From the NCBI GenBank assembly GCA_031372565.1, contig JANMLN010000124.1, positions 15,684 through 79,683 on the forward strand: 64,000 nt of DNA, read 5' to 3'. The notes below the pieces were generated by a model. The model was not told the DNA's origin, ran no database searches, and was given only the letters and a program-made list of their open reading frames with translations. This DNA comes from Gemmatimonadota bacterium (GTDB lineage: Bacteria > Gemmatimonadota > Gemmatimonadetes > Gemmatimonadales > Gemmatimonadaceae). The position numbers and the translations under genes are program-made. Positions 1 through 8,295 of the stretch are shown here, one piece after another (within the stretch, counting starts at the first letter, position 1; every line of letters begins with the position of its first letter).

Positions 1-304
1 GATGCCGGTGACGGTCATTCTCATCCTGAGCGTGATCTTCATGCAGCCGCTGCTGCTGGCGCCCAACGGCAACATGGCGCGCATCATGACGCTCGTGCCG
101 AGTGCCTCGCCGGTGCTGATGCCACTGCGCATGAGCATGGTGGATGTGCCCGCGTGGGAGATTGCCCTGTCGCTCGTGCTGCTGGCGGGCGCGTGCGCCG
201 TGTCCGTGTATCTCTCGGCGCGTGTGTATCGCGTGGGGTTGCTGATGTACGGCAAGAAGCCAAGCGTGGCAGAACTGATCCGCTGGATCCGTTACGCGGG
301 GTGA
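1..304 (+). CDS. ABC-2 type transporter permease, C-terminal part (truncated by window edge)
   Basis: Hydrophobic helices ending ...SARVYRVGLLMYGKKPS..., typical NatB-like permease C-terminus. Confidence 0.8.
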   Translation, partial: MPVTVILILSVIFMQPLLLAPNGNMARIMTLVPSASPVLMPLRMSMVDVPAWEIALSLVLLAGACAVSVYLSARVYRVGLLMYGKKPSVAELIRWIRYAG

Positions 305-380
305 GCGCACGACAAGCGCTCGTCGCGCCCGGCATGCGCATGATGCACCGTGCGTGGTTTCGGTTACCTGATGTGAGAGC

Positions 381-420
381 GGGGGAGGCATCGTTCGCGG
401 ATGCGTCCCCCTTGCTTTTT
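381..420 (+). terminator. Putative intrinsic terminator after the ABC permease
   Basis: GGGGGAGGCATC...GATGCGTCCCCC hairpin followed by TTGCTTTTT. Confidence 0.45.
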
Positions 421-441
421 GCCCCCTGCCGAGCCGAACGT

Positions 442-990
442 ATGGTCATGGCCCAGACGCTCATGTGGACCGTGGAGATGGTCCAGGCGCTCCCGTCCGA
501 CGGGAACCGGTACGAAGTGGTGCGCGGGTCGTTGCTCGTGACTCCGGCGCCGACGTTTGGTCATCAGGATCTGGTCACCCGATTGCTGTACGCCCTGAAG
601 AGGTACATGGAGCGCGAGCCGGGCGTCTATGTCGTCCTGTCACCTGCGGACGTGCTCTACGACGAACACACGGTCGTGCAGCCCGACCTGTTCGCGCTTC
701 CGATCGCCGAGGCACGCAAGCGGGACTGGAAGCTGATGCGCGGGCTTCTGCTCGCCATCGAGGTGCTCAGCCCGTCCAGTGCGCGCAGCGACCTCGTCAC
801 GAAGCGGACGCTCTATCAGGAAGAGGGGGTGCCCCTCTACTGGATCGTCGACGCGGACCATGCGCGCGTTCTCGAGTGGACACCTGAGGCGACGGAGCCG
901 ATCGAGCGGCGCGACGTGCTGCGCTGGCATCCGCAGGGCGCAGCCACCCCGTTCGAGATGAGCGTGGCGGAGCTCTTCGCGCCGATCTGA
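442..990 (+). CDS. Uma2 family (DUF820) PD-(D/E)xK endonuclease-like protein
   Basis: Motifs RYEVVRGSLLVTPAP, VQPDL, LAIEVLSPSS, GVPLYWIVD; ATG at 442 (alternative 448). Confidence 0.9.
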   Translation: MVMAQTLMWTVEMVQALPSDGNRYEVVRGSLLVTPAPTFGHQDLVTRLLYALKRYMEREPGVYVVLSPADVLYDEHTVVQPDLFALPIAEARKRDWKLMRGLLLAIEVLSPSSARSDLVTKRTLYQEEGVPLYWIVDADHARVLEWTPEATEPIERRDVLRWHPQGAATPFEMSVAELFAPI

Positions 991-1015
991 CGCAGCGGCC
1001 TGCATGCGTAAACGA

Positions 1016-1053
1016 CAGCGCGGCGGCGCCCCACCCGGGACGCCGCCGCGTTG
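1016..1053. terminator. Hairpin between convergent genes, likely bidirectional terminator
   Basis: CAGCGCGGCGGCG / CGCCGCCGCGTTG inverted repeat. Confidence 0.55.
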
Positions 1054-1069
1054 CTGCCATGACGCCCGC

Positions 1070-1501
1070 TTACGCCGTCTGCGGCTGCGCGCAGTACTTG
1101 TCGAACGCGGCCGTGAGGTCCGACGCGATCTCCGAGGCCATGCGCCCCTCGATCTGCCAGCGCTCGATCATGTGCACCAGCTGCCCGTCCTTGAGCAGCG
1201 CGATCGACGGTGAGCTCGGCGCGTAGCCGGTGAAGTAGCCGCGCGCGCGCGTGGTCGCGTCCATGTCCTGTCCGGCGAACACGGTGGTCACATGGTCGGG
1301 CTTGATGCCGTGCGCCATGGCGGTGGCCACCGCCGGGCGCGCATTGCGGGCGGCGCACCCGCACACCGAGTTCACGACGATCATCGTCGTCCCGGGGCGC
1401 GAGACCGCCGCATCCACCGCGTCCATCGTGCGCAGCTCTTCGACGCCCAGGCGCGTGAGCTCCTGCCGCATCGGGACGATCATCATTTCAGGGTAGTTCA
1501 T
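1070..1501 (-). CDS. BrxA/BrxB family bacilliredoxin (YphP/YqiW-like)
   Basis: MNYPEMMIVPMRQEL start, VVNSVCGCAA (CGC motif), TVFAGQD, PSSPSIAL. Confidence 0.92.
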   Translation of the reverse strand: MNYPEMMIVPMRQELTRLGVEELRTMDAVDAAVSRPGTTMIVVNSVCGCAARNARPAVATAMAHGIKPDHVTTVFAGQDMDATTRARGYFTGYAPSSPSIALLKDGQLVHMIERWQIEGRMASEIASDLTAAFDKYCAQPQTA

Positions 1502-1542
1502 GGCTATGGTGCTCCGTGGTTGGTCAGTTGGTCGTCGGTGGC

Positions 1543-1929
1543 TCAGTCGTCGTCGTGCCGGCCCTCGCGCACGAGCGCGAGGATGGCCGCCTGCGGAATC
1601 ACGAGGAAGCGATCTCCTTCGAAGGAGATCTCCATGCCCGCCTTGCGGTAAAACAGGGCCCAGTCGCCGACCCGCGCCTGCATCGGGACGTGACGAGTCT
1701 CGCGCGTGCCGGCGGCGCCCATCCGCCACGGTTCCTCGCTGTTGTCCGCGCCCATGTCGGGCAACGGCAACCCCGGTCCGGTGGCCATGATCGTCCCACC
1801 CTGCACCGCCTGCCCTTCGACAGCCGTTGCGGGGAGGTAGAGCCCCACCTTGGTGCGGTCCTCGCCGTCCTCGATCCGCACAAGGACGCGGTCGCCGACG
1901 ACAATCAGGTTCTTGTTGTTCTTGCGCAT
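1543..1929 (-). CDS. Co-chaperonin GroES-family protein (no adjacent groEL)
   Basis: GDRVLVR...TKVGLYLP...G.I.ATGPG...VGD.ALF...ILA, a Cpn10 pattern with an internal insertion. Confidence 0.8.
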   Translation of the reverse strand: MRKNNKNLIVVGDRVLVRIEDGEDRTKVGLYLPATAVEGQAVQGGTIMATGPGLPLPDMGADNSEEPWRMGAAGTRETRHVPMQARVGDWALFYRKAGMEISFEGDRFLVIPQAAILALVREGRHDDD

Positions 1930-2028
1930 CGACAGAAACGAATCAGGTGGCGGGTCCGACGTCGGACCCGCGTGTCCGTGTGAAGATACAACGGCGCAGG
2001 AGCCCCACGGGGTTCCGCGCGCTCGCGC

Positions 2029-3450
2029 TCAGGCCTTGGGCTTCGACGCCTTGGGCTTCACCAGCCAGAACTTCTCCTGCCGCCCCAGCGCCCACTGCGG
2101 CTTGCCGTCGGCGCCAATCACGAAGTCCTCTTCCTGCCGCACCCGCACCGGCTGGTTCCCCCACTCGGGGATCGGGCTCGTCACCTGCAGCTCGCTCGAG
2201 AACCACATGTTGGGAATCACCACGGCATCGCCCCGCCCCGGCACGCCATCCTGATAGTCCCACAACCCGATCAGCGGACCCGCGCCGTGGCCGTGCAGCC
2301 CGATCGGATGCGAGTACATGGTGCCCTCGAGCCCCTCGATCGCCAGCTTCGCGCGCACCGCGGCGAGAATCTCGTTGCCGCTGCGGCCGGGTCGCGTTTC
2401 CTCGAAGAGGATGTCCTGGAACCGGTTGGACCGCTTGAGCGCCGCCTGCAAGCCGGCCGGCGGTTCCGTTTCGCCATCCTCGAGCACGTAGCCGTTGTGC
2501 TGCGTGTCGGTGTTGAGCCGGAGCGCGGTAATGCCCACATCGCACCAGAGCATGTCGCCCGGCATGATCACGGGATCCTCGCCCAGCTGCGACCCGGTCG
2601 CGCCCTTGCGCTGCACATCGATGCTGGGCTGGAACCAGGTGCCGATGCCCAGGTCCGCGACCTGCTGGCGCCACCACCAGACGAGGTCGCTCGTGCGCGT
2701 CTTGCCGGGAGTGACGACCTCGTTGGAGAACATCCGCTCGATGAGCGACCAGACCAGCTGCTGATGCTTCTTGTAGTACGCCGCCTCTTCGGGGAGCCGC
2801 GAGGCGATCATCTCGAGGGCAAGCGCCTCCGCCGGGCGGAACTTGCTCGACCAGGACGGCCCGAGCGCATCGGACATGCCCGCCAGCTCGCCGCTCGACA
2901 GGCCATCGGTGAACGCGAACACCTTGGACGTGTTGATGGCGATCGTGCGCGGATTGCGCTCGACGATCACCGCCTTGAGCGCCTCCCACTGCTCATCGCC
3001 CCACAGCTCGGCTTGCCGCGCGCCGACCGCCGCGTTCACGGCCTTGGTGCTCGAGACCGCCTTGAAGACGCCACCCTGCGACGTCCCGCCGAGGGCCAGC
3101 CGTTCGATCCCCTTGTCGCACGTGGGCGCAGGCTCGACGCCACCCGCCGTGCAGCGATCAAAGAAGACGTAGATCGTGCGGCGGCGCGCGGCGAACGTTG
3201 TGGGACTCGTGATCGCGCTGAAGACCGGGTCCTCGTTGTATTCGCGCATCGGCACCACCCACATGTCCACGCGCTGCTTGCGCATGAGTGCCGGCAGGAA
3301 GGTGTCGAGGCGCTTGGCGAGCCACGCCTGCTGCACCGCCGCCTGTTCCTTGACGGTACCGAACGGGCGCGTGGGTGCCTTGGCCTGGGCCGAGGCAACG
3401 TGCGCGCTGGTGGCCAGCGCGAGAGCGGCAAACGGGAGGGTGCGTGTCAT
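2029..3450 (-). CDS. Secreted M24 family metallopeptidase (Xaa-Pro aminopeptidase-like)
   Basis: Signal peptide; metal-ligand motifs CDVG, NTDTQH, SHPIGLHGH, SSE, QEED. Confidence 0.88.
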   Translation of the reverse strand: MTRTLPFAALALATSAHVASAQAKAPTRPFGTVKEQAAVQQAWLAKRLDTFLPALMRKQRVDMWVVPMREYNEDPVFSAITSPTTFAARRRTIYVFFDRCTAGGVEPAPTCDKGIERLALGGTSQGGVFKAVSSTKAVNAAVGARQAELWGDEQWEALKAVIVERNPRTIAINTSKVFAFTDGLSSGELAGMSDALGPSWSSKFRPAEALALEMIASRLPEEAAYYKKHQQLVWSLIERMFSNEVVTPGKTRTSDLVWWWRQQVADLGIGTWFQPSIDVQRKGATGSQLGEDPVIMPGDMLWCDVGITALRLNTDTQHNGYVLEDGETEPPAGLQAALKRSNRFQDILFEETRPGRSGNEILAAVRAKLAIEGLEGTMYSHPIGLHGHGAGPLIGLWDYQDGVPGRGDAVVIPNMWFSSELQVTSPIPEWGNQPVRVRQEEDFVIGADGKPQWALGRQEKFWLVKPKASKPKA

Positions 3451-3468
3451 GGGGTTGTGGGCGAAGGG

Positions 3469-3605
3469 TGTCGTCCTGAGCGCAGCCTGTCGTCCTGAGC
3501 GCAGCGAAGGACCTGCTTCTCGCGAAACCGCACAAGCAGATCCTTCGCTGCGCTCAGGATGACTCAATATGCAGATCCTTCGCTGCGCTCAGGATGACTC
3601 AATAT
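3469..3605. repeat. REP-like palindromic element, copy 1, with tandem duplication of both arms
   Basis: Left arm TGTCGTCCTGAGCGCAGCGAAGGACCTGCTT (3488-3518), right arm AAGCAGATCCTTCGCTGCGCTCAGGATGAC (3534-3563); extra 18-bp left copy 3469-3486; exact 35-bp tandem 3536-3570/3571-3605. Confidence 0.9.
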
Positions 3606-4167
3606 GCGGTGGCGTCGGCGGGTGCTCGCCTGTCGTGATCTCCGCGACCTCCGTGTCCGCTTCACGGTCCATCGCGGCACGCTCGGTCGGCTTGTACAGC
3701 ACATACCGCGCCGCCGTCACCGAGACCGCCAGCAACAGCCCGAACCCCCCGAGCAGCAGCATCCGGTTGCGGATGATGGTCAGCGCGATCGCGGGCCACT
3801 GCGCCACGGTTGCGCGCTCCACGCCGAGCGGTTCCATCCCGACCATGATCAGCGTCAGCGAGGCGAGCGCCTCGATCATCGCCTCCGCGAGCGCAAACAG
3901 CGGCACGCGCCACACCCACGTCCGCAGCGTGTAGTTGCCCACGTGCGCCGTGAGCGCACCACACGCGAAGAGCAGCAGCGCCGCGGCGTACAGCGAGGCC
4001 ACCCACCAGCTCCCGCTGTTCAGGCCGAAGAGGGCGGCGTGCGCCACGCGCACCCCGACCCCGGCGCCGATCGCCAACGGCCACAAGGCGATCGAGAGCC
4101 GCCTGACCAAGGTCGGTTCCTCGATTGCCGTCCATCGGATCGTTTCGCGCGGGAAGAAGGCGACCAT
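3589..4167 (-). CDS. Hypothetical integral membrane protein (about 4 TM)
   Basis: Several hydrophobic segments; start uncertain (4167 ATG or 4197 GTG); stop codon lies inside the repeat. Confidence 0.65.
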   Translation of the reverse strand: MVAFFPRETIRWTAIEEPTLVRRLSIALWPLAIGAGVGVRVAHAALFGLNSGSWWVASLYAAALLLFACGALTAHVGNYTLRTWVWRVPLFALAEAMIEALASLTLIMVGMEPLGVERATVAQWPAIALTIIRNRMLLLGGFGLLLAVSVTAARYVLYKPTERAAMDREADTEVAEITTGEHPPTPPHIESS

Positions 4168-4307
4168 GCTGGCGAAGCTAGGGCGAGCCAACCGCACGCG
4201 ACAGGGCGCAGGTCACGCCTGCCGTGTCACGCCACTGGCGGCGCGACACACGCGCCCCCCTGACAGGTGCGCACGCCGCGCCGCTCGATCCTGGTCTCAC
4301 CCCACCG

Positions 4308-4802
4308 TCACCGGACGGCAATGCACTCGATCTCGACGCGGGCATTCAGCGCGAGGCCGCTGGCGCCGAAGGCACTCCGCGCCGGGAAGCGGCCGTTGCT
4401 GAAGTACGTCTTGTACACCTCGTTCATCGCGTCCCACTCCTTCATGTCCGCCAGGAACACGGTGCACTTCGCGACCTTGTCCATCGACGAGCCCGCCTTG
4501 CCGAGCAGCTCCTTGATGTTCTCCATCACCTGCCTCGTCTCCGCCGTGATCCCACCGGGGACGACCCCACCGGCCGCACTCGGCGCCGTGCCCACCTGCC
4601 CCGCGAGGAAGAGCAGGTTGCCGACGCGCACGATCGGCGAGAACGGACGCGTGGGCGGACCGTACGGGTGCATGAACTCGATGTCATTCGACGCGCCCGT
4701 CTGTGCCTTGGCCGCCGCCTTGGGCTTGGCGTTCTGCGCGGTCAGGGATGTCGAGGCCGAGGCGACGAGCACGAGCACAGCGAGCGAGCGAAGCGGGCGC
4801 AT
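4308..4802 (-). CDS. RidA/YjgF family protein with N-terminal signal peptide
   Basis: PFS..VRVGNLLFLAGQVG, KCTVFLADM, MNEVY, PARSA, VEIECIA. Confidence 0.9.
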   Translation of the reverse strand: MRPLRSLAVLVLVASASTSLTAQNAKPKAAAKAQTGASNDIEFMHPYGPPTRPFSPIVRVGNLLFLAGQVGTAPSAAGGVVPGGITAETRQVMENIKELLGKAGSSMDKVAKCTVFLADMKEWDAMNEVYKTYFSNGRFPARSAFGASGLALNARVEIECIAVR

Positions 4803-4839
4803 GGTGGTGAGGGCGAAGGGAAGTGGGCGACGTGCGATA

Positions 4840-7176
4840 TCAGCGAGGGAGCGAGAGCCGTTCACCGCGAAGGACCGCGGCCAGTGTTTCTTCGAGCCGT
4901 TCGAAGGTGAACGGCTTGGCCACGGTCGGTTGACGCGACGCCGGACCGAGTCGCTGCGTCACGTCGAGGACATCGCCCGTCACGAAGACGGTGCGATCCG
5001 CGAGCGCGGGGTGCGAGAGGCGCAGCTCCTCGTGAAAGGCCACACCGTCCATGCCGGGCATGCGCAGGTCGCACACGACGGCGTCGAAGGCGTTGGCGTT
5101 GGCCGCGGCCAGGCCGGCGGGGCCGCTCTCGACGGCGACCACGGTGATGCCCCGCATGCGACCGAACGCCTCGAGACCCGCGCGCAGCGACGGCTCGTCA
5201 TCGACCACGAGCAAGCGTCGCCCCGCGAGCGGCGATGCCGCGGTGACCGCCTTCATCTCGCCGCTGCGGCGGCGCGGCGGCGCGTCGCCACCCACCGGGA
5301 GGGTGACCACGAAGGTCGCGCCCGCACCGGGCGGACGGTCGGCCAGGCGAATCTCGCCCCCGTGCGAGGCCACGATGCCGTACGAGACCGAGAGCCCGAG
5401 CCCGGTGCCCTCCCCTTCCGGCTTGGTCGTGAAGAACGGCTCGAAGATGTGGGCGCGCGCGTGCACCGGCACTCCCGTGCCGGTGTCGCTCACCTCGATG
5501 GTCACGGTGGCATCGGTGCCACCCAGCGTGCGCACCGTCAGCGTGCCGTGCCCGCGCGGTGCCATGGCCTGGATGGCATTGGTGATCAGGTTGAGCAGCA
5601 CCTGCTGCAGCTGGCGGCCATCGCCATCGATGGCGGGCACCTGCGAATCCAGCTCCGTCACGAGTTCGATCCGGGCCGACGTCAGCTGGAAGCCACGGAG
5701 CCGCAGGGAGCGCTCGACCAGTTCGTTGACGTCCACCGCGTTCCGCTCGGCCGGCGCCCGGCGCGCGAACGCGAGCAGGTCGCGCACGACCTGACTGGCA
5801 CGCTGCGTCTCGGAGCGGATGACCTCGATCGATTCGCGGTGCTCGGTGCCCAGCGTCGGGTCGCGCAGCAGCAGCTGCGCGAACGCGCTGATGGAGCCCA
5901 GCGGATTGTTCACCTCGTGCGCCACCCCCGCGACGAGCTCGCCGATGGCCGCCAGGCGTTCGGTCTCGAGCAGCCGCGCCCGCAGCTCCCGTTCGCCGCT
6001 GATGTCGCGCGCGACGATCAGCACGGTCGGCGGTTCGGTGTCGGGCAGCCCCGTGATGGCGAGCGCGGTGAGGCGGTTCATACCGTCGCGCTTGATGCGC
6101 ACCTCGAGCCGCGCCATGATCCCCTTGAGGGCGCCTTCGAGTGCGCGCAGGACAGCGAGGCGGTCCTCTCCGGCGACCAGGTCCGCGAACAGACGGCCCT
6201 GCAGCGCCGCGCCGGGAATCCCGGTGAGATCGTGGGCCGAGTCGTTGGCTTCGGTGATCTCGCCGCGCGGCAGCACCGTGAGGATGGCATCGGGTGCCGC
6301 GCGGAACAGGGTGCGGAAGCGCGACTCCGCCTGCCGCAGGTTCTCGACGTGCTCGGCGTTGTCGAGCGCGACGGAGAGCATGTCGGCCATGGCCTCGACG
6401 CGCCGGATGTCCGCATCGACCCAGACGCGCGGCTTCATGCCGAGGATCACGACACCTCCGATGCGCTGCCGCTGCCGGCGCAGTGGCACGACCAGCATCG
6501 ACCGGATCCCTTGGCTCTTGTAGATCGGCACCGCAGCCGGATGCAACAGCTCCTCGCCGATCCCGGTGCTCAGGTCGACGATGGCGAGCGAGGTGCCGCT
6601 CTCGGCGACGCGCGCGACGGCGGAGCCGGCGGCCGTTTGCGTCTTCCCGATGAACGGGGTGCCCACGCCACTCGCCGCGATGATGCGCAACATGCCGTCG
6701 CCCTCGAGCGCACCGAGGTAGGTCCCTTCCACGCGCTCGATGTCGGCGAGCGCGTTCATGAACCGCTGGAGGACGCGATCGGGCCTGAGCTCGGCGTTGA
6801 TCTCGTGCCCCAGCTCCCACATGCGGTGCAGCACGCGCTGCGCTTCGGTGAGCGCGGCCGTGCGCTGCGCCACGTACGTCTCGAGCGTGGCGCTCAGTTC
6901 CTGCTCGGCGCGGACGCGCTCCTCGAGGTCACGCGCGCGTCGCTCCGCCTGTGCCGCCACGCGCTGCAGCACGAGCAACCCGAGCGCGAGCGCAAGCAGG
7001 ATGAGCTCGACCGAGACCCCACCCGATACCCAGGACCAGACGATCACCCCCGCCAGGAGCAGGATGGCGAGGATCTGGAGCGAGGTCTCGATGGGAGTCG
7101 CAGCCGTCGGGCGCGCCGATGCGGGCCCCTGTGGGGGAATCGGCGGCGCGGTGCCGACACCCTCGGGCGCGGTCAT
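4840..7176 (-). CDS. Hybrid sensor histidine kinase (TM-GAF-PAS-HisKA-HATPase-REC)
   Basis: AHEVNNPL H-box, NLITNA, DTGTG, FFTTK.EGEGTGLGL; C-terminal LLVVDDE...CDLRMPGMDG. Confidence 0.92.
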   Translation of the reverse strand: MTAPEGVGTAPPIPPQGPASARPTAATPIETSLQILAILLLAGVIVWSWVSGGVSVELILLALALGLLVLQRVAAQAERRARDLEERVRAEQELSATLETYVAQRTAALTEAQRVLHRMWELGHEINAELRPDRVLQRFMNALADIERVEGTYLGALEGDGMLRIIAASGVGTPFIGKTQTAAGSAVARVAESGTSLAIVDLSTGIGEELLHPAAVPIYKSQGIRSMLVVPLRRQRQRIGGVVILGMKPRVWVDADIRRVEAMADMLSVALDNAEHVENLRQAESRFRTLFRAAPDAILTVLPRGEITEANDSAHDLTGIPGAALQGRLFADLVAGEDRLAVLRALEGALKGIMARLEVRIKRDGMNRLTALAITGLPDTEPPTVLIVARDISGERELRARLLETERLAAIGELVAGVAHEVNNPLGSISAFAQLLLRDPTLGTEHRESIEVIRSETQRASQVVRDLLAFARRAPAERNAVDVNELVERSLRLRGFQLTSARIELVTELDSQVPAIDGDGRQLQQVLLNLITNAIQAMAPRGHGTLTVRTLGGTDATVTIEVSDTGTGVPVHARAHIFEPFFTTKPEGEGTGLGLSVSYGIVASHGGEIRLADRPPGAGATFVVTLPVGGDAPPRRRSGEMKAVTAASPLAGRRLLVVDDEPSLRAGLEAFGRMRGITVVAVESGPAGLAAANANAFDAVVCDLRMPGMDGVAFHEELRLSHPALADRTVFVTGDVLDVTQRLGPASRQPTVAKPFTFERLEETLAAVLRGERLSLPR

Positions 7177-8255
7177 TGCAGGAACTCGTGCAAGAGGCCG
7201 TGAAAGTGGTGCACCCCGTTCTCGCGCGTGGCGGAGTAGCGGCCCCGCTCGTACACGCGCGACCGGAGGTTGCGCTGCACCGCTTCGCAGATGCCGATGT
7301 CCTCGTCCTGGATCGTGTCGCTGAAGGCGATCATGCGCGTCCACTGCGGATCATGGGCCGCGTCAGCGGGCGCCTGGCTCGAGTACCAGTCGTAGATCAC
7401 CGTGGTCCGATCGGCACCATCGGGCACGACCAGGTTGAGCTGCAACTGCCCCTGATAGACGTTGAGCATCAGGTTGGGGAAGAGCCAGTAGTACTGCGCA
7501 TCGTCGCCGTCACCTTGCGGCGTGTACAGGCGGCTCGTGTCGCCCGCGCGCACGGGGCGGATGGGCGCGTGTTGCAGCGACCACCATCGATGCGGTTCGA
7601 TCCGGTACTGGTCGTAGTCGATCTCCTGGTGCAGTCCCGGATGCACCATGGGCAGGTGGTACCCTTCGAGATAGTTGTCGATGTACACCTTCCAGTTGCA
7701 CGCGACCGACCAGCGCTTGCTCTGCACGAAGCGCATGGCGGCCATGCCGAAGGCCGCGGTGCGTTCGGGGATATCCTCGAGGAAGTACGCGAGCGCCGGC
7801 GCCTTCGGGTCGAGGTTCACGAACACGAGCGGACCGAACGTCGCCACCTGCACCGGCAGCAGATGCATCTCCTCCGGGCGGAAGTGCGCCGTGCCTTCCA
7901 TTTCTGGCGCGCGCAGCAACCGGCCGTCCAACCCGTACGTCCACCCGTGATAGCGACACTGCAGCGTCTGGCGCTTGCCACAGCCACTGGCCACCGGTCC
8001 GGCCCGATGGAGGCAGATGTTGTGGAAGGCGCGCAGCTGGTCGGCGTCGCGCACGATGACGATCGACTCGCCGGCGACGTCGGCCACGACGAACTGCCCC
8101 TTCTCCACCAGTTGCTCCGTGCGGGCGGCCACCTGCCAGGTCCGGCCGAAGATCTTCTCCTGCTCGAGCGCGAGGTACACCGGGTCGGTGTAGAGGCGCG
8201 CGGGGATCGTCGACGCGGTCGCGATGTCGGGACTGAACGCGAAATGGCGGGTCAT
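7173..8255 (-). CDS. Rieske non-heme iron oxygenase alpha subunit (choline monooxygenase-like)
   Basis: CLH...CRYHGW Rieske motif; NWKVYIDNYLEGYHLPMVH and QDED mononuclear Fe motifs. Confidence 0.9.
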   Translation of the reverse strand: MTRHFAFSPDIATASTIPARLYTDPVYLALEQEKIFGRTWQVAARTEQLVEKGQFVVADVAGESIVIVRDADQLRAFHNICLHRAGPVASGCGKRQTLQCRYHGWTYGLDGRLLRAPEMEGTAHFRPEEMHLLPVQVATFGPLVFVNLDPKAPALAYFLEDIPERTAAFGMAAMRFVQSKRWSVACNWKVYIDNYLEGYHLPMVHPGLHQEIDYDQYRIEPHRWWSLQHAPIRPVRAGDTSRLYTPQGDGDDAQYYWLFPNLMLNVYQGQLQLNLVVPDGADRTTVIYDWYSSQAPADAAHDPQWTRMIAFSDTIQDEDIGICEAVQRNLRSRVYERGRYSATRENGVHHFHGLLHEFLQ

Positions 8256-8295
8256 GGGCTGCCTCGTCGCAAGAGGCGCGACACCCCGGTCGAAC

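Noticed and set aside
3536..3605. 35-bp direct repeats as a CRISPR array
   Set aside because: Only two head-to-tail copies, no spacer, no cas genes; part of the REP-like palindrome
4267..7203. 978-aa plus-strand ORF
   Set aside because: Antisense shadow of the kinase and RidA genes in GC-rich DNA; no motifs
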